A stretch of DNA of 61,841 nt from Catajapyx aquilonaris. Its lineage: Eukaryota. The position numbers and the translations under genes were made by a program. Shown here piece by piece: positions 51,366 to 61,841 of this stretch. Numbering within the stretch: the stretch's first letter is position 1; every line of letters starts with the position of its first letter. Location of the stretch: contig JYFJ02002164.1 in the NCBI GenBank assembly GCA_000934665.2, positions 1-61,841 of the forward strand. The letters are read 5' to 3'. The notes below the pieces were generated by a model. The model did not search any database. It had not been told where the DNA came from and saw nothing but the letters and a program-made list of their open reading frames with translations.

Positions 51366-54014
51366 ATGAATTCCACCACCACTACGCTGGTCACGGAGGT
51401 GGCCGGATACACCAATGGGACTCTGCCGAAGGGGATTGAGGCTGCCCAGGGGGAGGGCAAGGATGAGGTTGATGACGGGATCTGCGAAGAGGAGGACTCG
51501 GAAGACGAGGATGCTGAGCCAAAGCTGAAGTATGAGCGAATTGGAAACAACCTGAGGTCCATCCTCTGCAAGGATGCAGCCAGCACCATTGCGGTCCACC
51601 CTAAATTTCTGTGTATTGGGAGCCACTGGGGTGTGATTTACTTACTAGACCACCAGGGAAACTCAGTCCAGCAGCAAGAATTACCATCGCATGCAGTGGC
51701 AGTCAACTGCATTTCGATTGATGCCAGGGGTGACTTTGTGGCTAGCTGCAGTGACGATGGACGTATTGTGATAGCATCCATGACAGGCACAGACAAACCA
51801 TTTGTGATGAATTTTGACCGGCCGGTTCGTTGTGTTGCAATTGATGATCAATATGGGCGGCGAACAGGGGGTGCCAAGCGTTTTATAACGGGTGACACTG
51901 GCTCTCTAACGATGCATGAGATTGCATTCTTTAACCGGGTACGTTCGACCTCTCTCAATGACGAAGGGCCGGTGCATGCAGTGTGTTGGCGGGGGCGGTA
52001 TGTTGCCTGGGCAGCAGATGATGGGGTACGTGTCTACGATCTGGATGCAACGCAGACAACTAGAAGAAAAATAGGACTAGTTCGTCGTGACCATGATGTA
52101 AGCCTTAGACCAGAATTGTATCCGTGTCACCTGTTCTGGTCCGATGACCGCACCTTGCTTGTGGGCTGGGCTGACACTGTGAAGGTGTGTGTTGTGTCAC
52201 CACGACGAACAACACAACCTGACCTGCCCCCATGGTGTGTCCAACTTGCTTCTACCTTCGTGGCAGATTTCTTTGTCGCAGGAATTGCGCCACTTGAAAA
52301 GAAGTTGGTACTGCTTGGCTTCAACAAGGATTATGATGCAGTTACTGGGAAGTCACAGCGGCCACAACTGTACGTTGTCGATCCAGACATCGAGGATTAC
52401 ACTGTTGATTCAACAGACATATTATCAGTGCGAGGATACGAAGAATACCGCTGTTCTGATTACCACCTAGTGTGCCTTCCAGAAGAGAACCTGTATTTTG
52501 TGGTCAGCCCTAAAGATGTGGTTGTTGCCAAATTACGTGATGCTGATGATCATGTTGCATGGCTGGTGTCACATGGCAAGTATGACGAGGCGATGGCTGC
52601 AGTGACAGGTGCAAAAAGACACACTTCACTTGAAGTTGGCCGTGCATATTTGGATCATCTGCTTACAACTGGTGAGTTTGATGCTGCAGGTCGCCTGTGT
52701 GTGACTGTGTTTGGACGTGACAAGCGATTGTGGCAAGAAGACGTATACAAGTTTGCAAAGCATGGACAACTAAGAGCAGTCAGTCCTTATTTACCACACA
52801 CTGAGTGTCGCCTGGATCCACACATATATGAGATGGTGCTCTATGAATACCTCAAAACTGATGCTGCTGGATTTCTGCACCAGGTGCGTGTGTGGTCACC
52901 AGCACTGTATAATGTACCAGCTGTCATCAATGCTGTACTAGAGCACTTGCTATCAAATAGTGTGGATGACAAGACACTTTTGCAGGCACTGGCAGTGCTG
53001 TATTCACATTCAAAGAAGTATGACAAAGCAATGGCCATGTACCTTCGCCTCAATCATGAAGATGTCTTCAACTTGATACGTCAGCACCACCTCTTCTCAT
53101 CAGTACCGTCCAAGGTTGAGGACCTTATGCGCCTCAATCCAGACAAGGCCATCACGTTATTTTTGGAGCAGATTGACAATATACCACCGCAACAAGTTGC
53201 CAACCGCCTCGAGTCAAATCGCCGCTTCCTGTATCTATATCTTGATGCTTTGTACCGCAAGGAAGGAAAGCAAACTCCACGCAAGTACCATGGAATGCTG
53301 GTCCAGCTCTATGCTGCATATGATCCATCTAAGCTCCTGTCTTTTCTGCGAAGTTCAGACCAATATCCAATTCAGGAAGCTCTTGATACCTGTCGGCATC
53401 TTGACTTGGTACCAGAGCGTGTGTACTTGCTGGGGCGCATGGGCAGCATGAAAGAAGCCCTTCAGCTGATTATGCAACGTTTAATGGACATCAACCGTGC
53501 CATTGAATTTTGCAAGGAGCATGACGATGCAGATCTGTGGGATTCACTTGTAGCATTTTCACTGGATAAGCCGCCATTTGTGAATGTTCTCTTACGCAAC
53601 ATAGGTACACATGTGGACCCGGAAATACTCATTCGCCGCATCCCTAATGGGATGGAGATACCTGGACTGCGTGATGCCCTAGCTAAAATCATGCACGACT
53701 ACAACCTTCAAGTGTCTCTCCAGCAAGGATACAAGAAGATATTGGTGTCAGACTGTGCCAACCTGCAGGAGAAGCTTGCCAGGCTACAACAAAGAGGAGT
53801 GGATGTAGGTAGTTCTGACGTTACCTGTGGTGCCTGCAGACGGAGTGTACTGATGCGGCAGAGGGATGATGATGCAGGAGGGTCAACACACGTGTCAGTC
53901 ATCGTTTTCTACTGCAGGCACTGCTTCCACCAGAGTTGCATGCTACACCTGGGTCCTGGTGCCATTTGCAGCGTTTGCCACTCACAGAGAAGGGATGCTG
54001 TTCGGGTGAGGTGA
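51366..54014 (+). CDS. VPS41: Vacuolar protein sorting 41 (HOPS subunit; Drosophila light), single-exon CDS
   Basis: 882-aa uninterrupted ORF: acidic EEEDSEDEDAEPKLKYERI, WD40 region (SCSDDG), VVSPKDVVVAK, clathrin repeat (AIEFCKEHDDADLW) and C-terminal RING-H2 (CGAC...CRHCFHQSC...CSVC). Confidence 0.97.
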   Translation: MNSTTTTLVTEVAGYTNGTLPKGIEAAQGEGKDEVDDGICEEEDSEDEDAEPKLKYERIGNNLRSILCKDAASTIAVHPKFLCIGSHWGVIYLLDHQGNSVQQQELPSHAVAVNCISIDARGDFVASCSDDGRIVIASMTGTDKPFVMNFDRPVRCVAIDDQYGRRTGGAKRFITGDTGSLTMHEIAFFNRVRSTSLNDEGPVHAVCWRGRYVAWAADDGVRVYDLDATQTTRRKIGLVRRDHDVSLRPELYPCHLFWSDDRTLLVGWADTVKVCVVSPRRTTQPDLPPWCVQLASTFVADFFVAGIAPLEKKLVLLGFNKDYDAVTGKSQRPQLYVVDPDIEDYTVDSTDILSVRGYEEYRCSDYHLVCLPEENLYFVVSPKDVVVAKLRDADDHVAWLVSHGKYDEAMAAVTGAKRHTSLEVGRAYLDHLLTTGEFDAAGRLCVTVFGRDKRLWQEDVYKFAKHGQLRAVSPYLPHTECRLDPHIYEMVLYEYLKTDAAGFLHQVRVWSPALYNVPAVINAVLEHLLSNSVDDKTLLQALAVLYSHSKKYDKAMAMYLRLNHEDVFNLIRQHHLFSSVPSKVEDLMRLNPDKAITLFLEQIDNIPPQQVANRLESNRRFLYLYLDALYRKEGKQTPRKYHGMLVQLYAAYDPSKLLSFLRSSDQYPIQEALDTCRHLDLVPERVYLLGRMGSMKEALQLIMQRLMDINRAIEFCKEHDDADLWDSLVAFSLDKPPFVNVLLRNIGTHVDPEILIRRIPNGMEIPGLRDALAKIMHDYNLQVSLQQGYKKILVSDCANLQEKLARLQQRGVDVGSSDVTCGACRRSVLMRQRDDDAGGSTHVSVIVFYCRHCFHQSCMLHLGPGAICSVCHSQRRDAVRVR

Positions 54015-55655
54015 TAATACAAAAGGCATTGCAGTATCAGGACAAATGAAGCATCTAATGGTACTTGTCTTTTTCAGCCTTGAGGGCATCCACATGGACT
54101 GAAAATGCGCAAGGTTTGCACCAGTAAAAGTCACTGGAACCAAGTCTACCTGTAAGACTGACACCCCAACTGTGTATATAAAGGTACATTTTAAAATATC
54201 TGGAATTCATGTACAGATGTGTGTAATGATTTAACATTGAAGAACTATCGAAATGTGGTGTAAAGAATTGCTACTTGTGGAACACCATGTCATACTTACG
54301 CAATATACCTCCACAATGTTCACAATAAAAATGACATATGAAATTGTACATCGTATGTTTAATTCTGTTCTTACATTAACTTTTAAATTACATTTTTCCT
54401 TATGTCTGTACAAAAGGTTGCTGGTTCTTGTTAAAATAACAGTGTCCCATTATCTGACATCCAACTTACCAACATCAGAACCTAATCCAAATATATTTAA
54501 TTCAATATTCTAACAAGTGACTCGGAAAACTCATTATCCATTGATCATCATCTATTATAAAATAGTTACGTCTGCTTATCTATCTCATGGCATCACATTT
54601 AAACCACTGTTATCTAGAAACTTGATTCTGAAATGGAACATCCTCTTTGGCAAAAAAATTTATAATAAAAATAAATCCAATTGACCGTTCTGATTCATGA
54701 TACATAATATTGTTTTCAATCTGTAGAGTACTAGAAGAACTAACAAACGTAAAAGAGGGTCTATGGGACAATAAAGGCTGCTCCACAATTCCACACAAAG
54801 TCTTAACTCTTGATGGGCACCACATCAAATTCACTGCCTAAACAGTGCAGTATATTGTGGGTGTTCCTGTTCGTGTCTGCGCATTCTTCAGGTACCTTCC
54901 CGTGGGAGACTGGGCATGTTAGCATCACTGGTAAGCACTCAAAAGCCATCTTCGAGGCAGCAACATGCAGTGCTTTAGTTCCCTATCTCCATCCCACAAC
55001 TGTGATGATTCTTGTTTCAATGTGTAGCTTGCTTACTCGTCACTTTTATCAGTAAGACTTGTGACACGCACCAAGTCATGGACATGCACCTGGCTACTGT
55101 GGTGACTCCATTGCCAGATCAAAGATCTTACCAAATGACATGCAGCTTGACAGAGTCTCGGCTTTTCATGTTCAGGATTTACATAGTCGGTAAGAGCTGG
55201 TTTGTCCATCATTCCCCAGCCGACACACTGATCACTGTGGGAACATCAGCGATGTTGAGGAAGCTCATGGGCAAAAGAGATTTTTGAACAAAATGAATTT
55301 CACTTGCTTATGTACTATGAACCCACTTACAAACCAATTAGAAGGTAAGCTTTCTTGCGTGAAATGGTATTCTTAGCTTTCAAGTATATGAAAATCATGC
55401 ACCTTGATTATGTATGTTGTGTGGTCATGAAATAAAGTTCCATGATGTTGGCAAGGTTGAGCCACCAACAGTGCCTAGCAGGACAGGCCCCTGATTTCGG
55501 AATGGAAATAATTTCCTCCTTATAGTAAACATAAAATGGCAGTGTATAGCTAAATGAGAGTCATGGACATGAAATGATGAACAAACAAAACTTCTCCGCT
55601 CTGTGCAGTCCTTCTCCATTGCCGATGGTCCACAATTGATGGGAAATAAGTCGGC

Positions 55656-58600
55656 TCATAGCTGCGCAGTTTCGAACTTTGGCCCACGGGAGATAAACAC
55701 ATCGTCATATGACTTCTCCTGCATCAGTTCCACAGCTTGGTGCTTCTTCAGGACCAGGAGGGTGTAGAATTTCTGCGCAACCTGCAAAAATTAACAAATT
55801 GTCAGGCGTTCAGATATGCCGGGTCAGGAGGTTCTGCCACGAGACTTGCTCAAGGCCCATTTCTTTATCGGCTAGTGTACTCGCAGTTATTTCACAGCCT
55901 TATGCTCGCCAATCAGTGCATGCAAGAGAGGTTACACGGGATAAACTAATGCACTTCTTATGCTAGTGTACATCAGTGCTACACCAGCTGATGAATATTA
56001 AAAGGTGAACACTTTCAGTTTGTCAGCACGAACTTGTGCCACATGTGGCATGTTATAGCATAAAACTAAACTAACTGACATACCTGCTTGCGGTTATTTC
56101 TGACAACCATTCCATTGAAGCTCAGCTTTTCTGTGTCGTGCTGAAGCAGCTTTGCCCGAATGACACTGTACATCTGTCCTGCCCTCTTGTTGAGCACCCT
56201 GGCCTCATACTGCTCGTATGTCTCGTCTGTTTGCTGCTCTTCAGGGGGGCCAACGGACGCAGGGAATTCATAGTCTTCTAGCCAGGGTGTGGCCGCACCC
56301 CTCTCTGACAAAGCCCCAGGGGTGTGGGCAGGAGGGTGCTGTTCATCATAGCCCATGTTGGCCATCATGGTGGGTGGGTTGTTTTGGTCATATCCCATGT
56401 TCTCCATCATTGGCGTATGAACTACAGGTGGTGGAACCTCCTCCTGTGGCTGCACAACCTGAAAGGAAATGCCATTAAGTACTGTTGAATGAACATAGGT
56501 GATGGTGAAGTAGTGTTAGGACAGAATCCCCAACCTGTGCTGGTATTGCTGTCGGAGGGGTGGCTGGTGTAGGTGCTACTGATGGCAACATCTCTTCTGC
56601 CTGTGGCATCATGGGTGTCTGAGGTGGAGGCAATGGTGTGGGTGGTGCTAGCGTTGCCTCTGCTGCCAACTCTGCCTCTCTCCTGGCCTCCTCTTCTGCC
56701 GCTGCCTGTGCTGCTGCAGCTGCAGCAGCCTTCCGCTGCATCTCCTCTGCTGTGTCTGCATGTTTCCTCTTGCGTGGCGCCCTTTGCTTGGGTGGGGCTG
56801 GAGTAGGAGGTGCTGGGGTTGCAGGAGGAGCAGCCATAGAGGCATCAGCCAGCACGGAAGCAGCCAGCAGTTCTGCTGGGTCAGCACCATCCCGCACTTG
56901 CTCCAAGTTGAGCTGGTCTCTGTCAGCATCACCTGCCATACCGAAATCCTCATTCTCTGCCGGGCGACTTGTGAGGTGGCGCTGATAGTTCTAAAAAAAT
57001 GAAAAGAAAATGCACAGGTTATAGCAGAAATCTATCCACAAAACCTGAAAATTTCCATACAATCCTAAAATGAATGCCATTTGAAATCAAGTGCACAAGT
57101 GATAGGTACAATATCTGACTACATTCAGCAAAACAAGGTTCTCTTTATGTGATGGGCTGGTAACTTCCTAGATGCATAATGCAGACAACAGAAGTAAATG
57201 TGTCTGGGGCTTGCAGAGAAATACTTGTCCATCCCCTAGGTTAACTCATGGTTACCCCAGTTGAAATTTTACTTTTCAAGCCCACCCAGAAGTGTTCCCT
57301 TCTCATGGCACCAATCCTTGTAAAAATAAGTTCCCTCAAGAGAGAGATTTCAGCCCAGCCAATGCATCAGCAAGAATGAATACACATTCTAATCTATAAC
57401 TTGTTGTGTCAAGTTCTGCACAGTGATCACCTTCCACAACTCACCCTAAAGAGCATCCTTGCAGGTATGGACCTCCCAGGAAGGGCAAAAAGCTTCTCCA
57501 CACCACCTGTCTCTTTCCAGTGCATCAAACGCTTGGTAGGCGGCGCCAGGTCAAGAGTAGTGACAATATCACTGGTATCACTAAGCTGAGACTTCATCTC
57601 CTCTCCGCTGATGTTCTTCACTTCATCAACAATTAGCTTGCGCTTGCGTTTAGTTTTGCTCCAACCACGCAAGGCTGATGCATCAACTGGTGCCAATGCA
57701 AAGCTCTCCTCCTCATTCTGCAACAGTGTGGTCTGATCTGATGGTCCTGGTACTGGTTCAGGTGGGTTGAAGATGTGATCAGCTGGTGGAGGCATCAGAG
57801 CTGCTGCTGTGGCTGCAGCATCTGGTGCTTTCTCAGTCAGTGCAGGGCTAGCTGGACGTGAGTCACCATCCATGCTGGCACCACCAACAGATGGGGGTCC
57901 TCCAAAGTGGTCGCCATCGTCATCACTCTCTGGCTCTGGTCGTTTATCCGTTGCAGTACTGGTGTCGACATCCCCCATTGGCGCATCATCAAACAGCCCA
58001 CCTTCAAACAATCCACCAGAGATGATGTGTTCCCCAAGATTCCCACCAAATCCGTCATCACGTAACGGAGCATCCATCTCGGACAGTTGTGGACGCTGAC
58101 TGGTTGACTTGTCCTCTGATGATTTATCCTCCGGTGCTTTCTCAGCTGGGCCTGCGCTGTTGTCACTAAAGAGGACATTGTCCTGGTCTAGTGAGGGCTG
58201 TCCCATGTTGGAAGTGGCATCTCGAATGAGCTCAGGTGGGTCAGTGTCAAAGCCCATGTCACCAAAGCCCTCATCATTCTGTACAAGGTTGATATTGCCG
58301 TAGTCCTCTCGCATTGTTATCTCTTCTGCTCGAGACTGATTCAGGCTAAACTGCACCTGTATATCCACATCACTATGGAAGAGAGATAATAAAATATTTG
58401 TAATTGCCATCACAAAGCAGAAATTTCAAAATACTTTTTCAAACAATGTATTTCATTACACAGTATATTTTTTCCAGTTACATAAAAGAGGATATGGCAA
58501 AAATGAATCAAAAACACTTTTCACGGCAACTTACTTGAGTTCAGGCATTGTGGTGTCAAAGTCATGGAAGACCTCAGGTAAGGTGATGGCATTAACGGCA

Positions 58601-58908
58601 GCCTCTCTTTTCTCTTCCGGTAGATCAACCATACCAGGGCGGAAAGCCATCTTGATCTTGACGAAGGCTTCATTGCAGTCAGCCAGCAGGTACTTGGCTT
58701 TCCGAGAATAGATCCGCACCACTCCCAGCAGCAAGTGACCAGACGTCCTCAAGGCCATCTTCACTTTAGGCTGCAGGATGCCCTCCACTGACTTCTCAAT
58801 GTTGGTCTCAAACACATGAGCTTTGGTCAGCTTCTTGTCCCAATGGGCTGCCAGCCATATTCGAGCCAGAGGGCCCTTCTTGGCCAACACAAAGTGGGCG
58901 TAAAACAT
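55656..58908 (-). CDS. RAD21: Cohesin kleisin subunit RAD21/Scc1
   Basis: [47 protein letters not shown]...LAPPTKRLM and C-terminal [19 protein letters not shown]. Candidate separase ExxR sites (PELIR, LEQVR). Exons ~58908-58535, 58372-57445, 56991-56535, 56458-56084, 55781-55656. Confidence 0.97.
57196..57362 (-). ncRNA. Candidate H/ACA snoRNA in RAD21 intron
   Basis: H box AAAGUA (57275-57270), then a hairpin CUGGGGU...GCCCCAG, then ACA+3. The 5' hairpin is poorly defined. Confidence 0.4.
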
Positions 58909-59799
58909 CTTTGTTTATTCTGAAACAAGGAGGACCTTGTGATTAGACATACACTGAAAATCTACATCTAAGCTTACATAATACTGACAACAACGCAAGA
59001 CTGAGTACTGTTGATTTTGCATCAGTTATAATGATGACTTACAAGATGAAAGTTCTGTTGAGATGAAAGGAGACACATTCATAAGCTCTCCTAAAAATTA
59101 CTCGAGAAAAAATCAATGTGACTTTAACCAGTGTTTCTCTCTGCCAACAATTATTACAATTAAACAAGCATATGATGGGTTTCTTGTAGAAGGTGGATGG
59201 TCTAATTAAACTCTTCCCAACCTCTCCTGATTCAATCCAGGAGTCACTATCCTACAGACTTACCTTACCCCACCTACTATGTATTGTGAAGTATGACTGG
59301 GCTATTATGCATTATCAGAGAAAGCAGTGTGATTCAAGATGTGTTTGTCTTGTGTGTGAGCATTCAAGGCAGCTGGGCATGAAAATCACCCAAAAATTCA
59401 ACTGCATTGCAAGTTACCACCATTGCTGGTATTGCCTTGCCAAACCATATTGGGCTGCAGTCTATGCAGAACTCTAGTCACTCCCTAGTAATTTAGGTAA
59501 TTGTGTGTAAACAGAAGCAGGCATTCACCAAAAACACATGTGACGCGTCAGAGCAAAGGTTCAAAAATGTGCAGGGGTGTTACGAACATGGCCCTTTCGT
59601 TGTGATAGCGCACTGTTGTTATCCTCTCCCACAGCTGTGACATACACCACAAGAACCAAGCGCCTCGGCATTTCCACTTTCCCCTGTACCACAGCACATA
59701 ACAAGTAAACGCTGTCCCTCTGGCAGTGACAATTGCACGAAGTGCAATCCTCCGTGCCAGGCTAGGCATCTCCCCTGCCCCACTTCCAATCAAACTGGG

Positions 59800-60300
59800 C
59801 GTATGTCTGTGGCCACAGTAGCCGCACCTGTGCCCCTTTGGCGTCCCTGTGTCTGGGATACTCACTCGTCGTCCTCCTGTGATTATTCAGATCCGACGTT
59901 GGGCCCGCCCGTCAGCGGGCCTCTTCCTACTCCCGGGCAGCAGCGGCGGGAGTGGCAGAGACGTACCCCGAGCGCACCTGCAATCTGATCCGTCACCCGG
60001 ACCTGGTCATGGGCCTTTCCGCTGCGGGCTGCCTGCAGGGCGGGAAGAGTGTACAGTGAGCGCAGGGGCAGCAAGATGGCGCCCGGACGAACGCTCCTCT
60101 TCTGGCCGCCGCGGAAGCCGAAGCCCGCCCGCCCAATCCCGTCGGGGGGGACACCCTGGACAGGGGGAGGAGGGGGCCAATCGGGTGCCGCCTCACTACT
60201 ACACGCTCCATTCAAACGGATGCACACACATTCATGCGCGATAGGAAAAGTAGTCCCGCGGGACATACCATGCGCGTCTACTCGCATTCTTGTGGTGACA
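59800..60300 (-). promoter_or_regulatory. RAD21 CpG-rich promoter and non-coding first exon
   Basis: Very CpG-dense, with YY1-like AAGATGGCG at ~60073 and a CCAAT. Minus-strand donor GTACGT at ~59966; acceptor TTTCAG directly upstream of the ATG at 58908. Confidence 0.6.
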
Positions 60301-61841
60301 ACCGGGCGGTCATAAACAACATGAACATCGACACCTTCCTTGCCATGTTCATACCACGCATCCAGCTGTCACCAACTGGATTAGTTCAAATTAATTACAT
60401 TTTGAACAGAGGCGAAGTGATACGGAGGGTGGATAGCTGCTTTGTGCAAGCTTAACCTGCTTATTACAAACCGTTATGATTTAGGCGGGATTGTCCAGTC
60501 AGGTGCAAAGGCGACGTGGCACCTGTACCAGCCTCACAAGTTGTTGGACTTCCTGGAGCAAATGGCCAAACTGAACCATTTGCACCTGCTATGAACGTGA
60601 TGTTGTGTCATTGGAATGTACAGTACGCTGCAATACTAAACCTAATGTTGAGAGTAGCCATGCAGAGTTGTGGGTTAATAGTACGACCGCAGGCAAAGGG
60701 GGGATATAATGGAACTAGGAAGGCGGGAAACAGCTGCTGGCCTTTCCCGCCTGAACGACCCTGCCGCGCTGCGGGGTGTCCAACCATTCATCGCCCAATG
60801 ACTCACTAGTTGTCAAAAAAATAAAATAAAAAAAGAGTAATTTGTATATCCTGACCTGCGACAGGTGCTGTTGGCTGTATCGCATCAGGATACCGCTGCT
60901 AATAAGATTCATGTATTCTGCGATTCCATATCGCATATCCTAACATAAACAAGCATGTATGTCGCTGAAGGCGGTGACGTGTATTAATGATCTCGTTGTC
61001 TGCAGTGGGTAAGACAACAAACGCGATTATAATTCTAAGCAAGGCTCGCCCCCTACATACCAGCTGATGAACACAATGTTAGACTGTTGTCTTACAAAGT
61101 TTCACGGCAATATCTTCATTTATCGCAAGCATGCAGAACAATAGATATAAACCCGTATAAAGTGCAAAGCATTTCCAGGACTCTGCACTGTATAATCAGT
61201 CATCGGTGTAGTACAATGCGGGCCATTTCTGTTCAACCTCATTTGTGGCTGACGTACTTCTTACTGTTTTATAATGAACGAGTATTGTCCAAGGTAACGA
61301 AGTCTATATGCGAGATTTGTATATGCTCGAATAATGTTTTATTTTGCATTATAGGCCGTCACATTCAAAAGAATTCACAGAAGAATTTTTCACGATGGCG
61401 TAAGTACATAGTAATTATACACGGAATATTACTGGTAAATCAGCAGTGATACTGTACAACTTAATATGCATTACTCCACTTTGCAGAATGTTATGGCATT
61501 TAAGATGTCACCTACCCAGTGTGTGGTTACCGCTGATTTTGGAAACCCTACCAGTGAAAGGTACATGATGGACACTTTCATAGAAGAAAGCGAACTAGAA
61601 GAAAAATACGGCTCAGATGTTGCCACATTCTGCGGCAATTCGACGCAAAACATCCTGGCAAGAAGAAAGCGCAAGACAGAGATTAAGATGGACCTTCGCA
61701 TTCAGGTGCAACAAGGCAAGTGCATTAAGAATATTGCTTACTTTCACAATGGGGAACTAGCCTTCATTTTGGAAACTACATAATAAATTCGCCCATATTT
61801 TTTGGATTTTTTTGGCATATTCCGTTTTAAGATATCAGTTC

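Noticed and set aside
61487..61714. Plus-strand exon-like ORF near the right edge
   Set aside because: Plausible splice acceptor but no recognisable protein family; it cannot be supported from this window.
1..61841. Many short or antisense ORFs in the ORF track; CRISPR arrays, operons, rRNA
   Set aside because: The short ORFs are shadows of real exons or chance frames. No repeat-spacer arrays, prokaryotic gene organisation or rRNA sequence were seen.

Overview
Gene-dense eukaryotic genomic DNA, most consistent with an arthropod (probably a hexapod/insect; inferred from protein similarity, small GT-AG introns and a TATA+TTAGT core promoter). Twelve protein-coding genes can be assembled by hand: FBXO9 (-, 3' end not found in the window), EMC2 (+), an acid-lipase-family protein lacking the catalytic His (+), an insect-type CUB protein (-), an SDR16C/RDH10-like dehydrogenase (-), a clavesin (+), CHID1 (-), an uncharacterised type-III transmembrane tyrosine-motif adaptor resembling PAG1/Cbp (-), PMVK (+), TCP1/CCT1 (-), an intronless VPS41 (+) and RAD21 (-). 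Introns and intergenic gaps hold Tc1/mariner deletion derivatives, MITEs/foldbacks and tRNA-derived SINEs. The most notable observations are: (1) a 181-nt, ~97% identical three-hairpin box H/ACA RNA present twice, once in an intron of each of the head-to-head genes FBXO9 and EMC2, each copy sense to its host; (2) a PAG1/Cbp-like palmitoylated transmembrane adaptor with a tandem array of EPIYA-like tyrosine motifs; (3) a U12-type intron in TCP1; (4) an intronless VPS41; (5) a probable pseudo-lipase. All gene models, structures and identities were read by eye; no database search or folding program was run.
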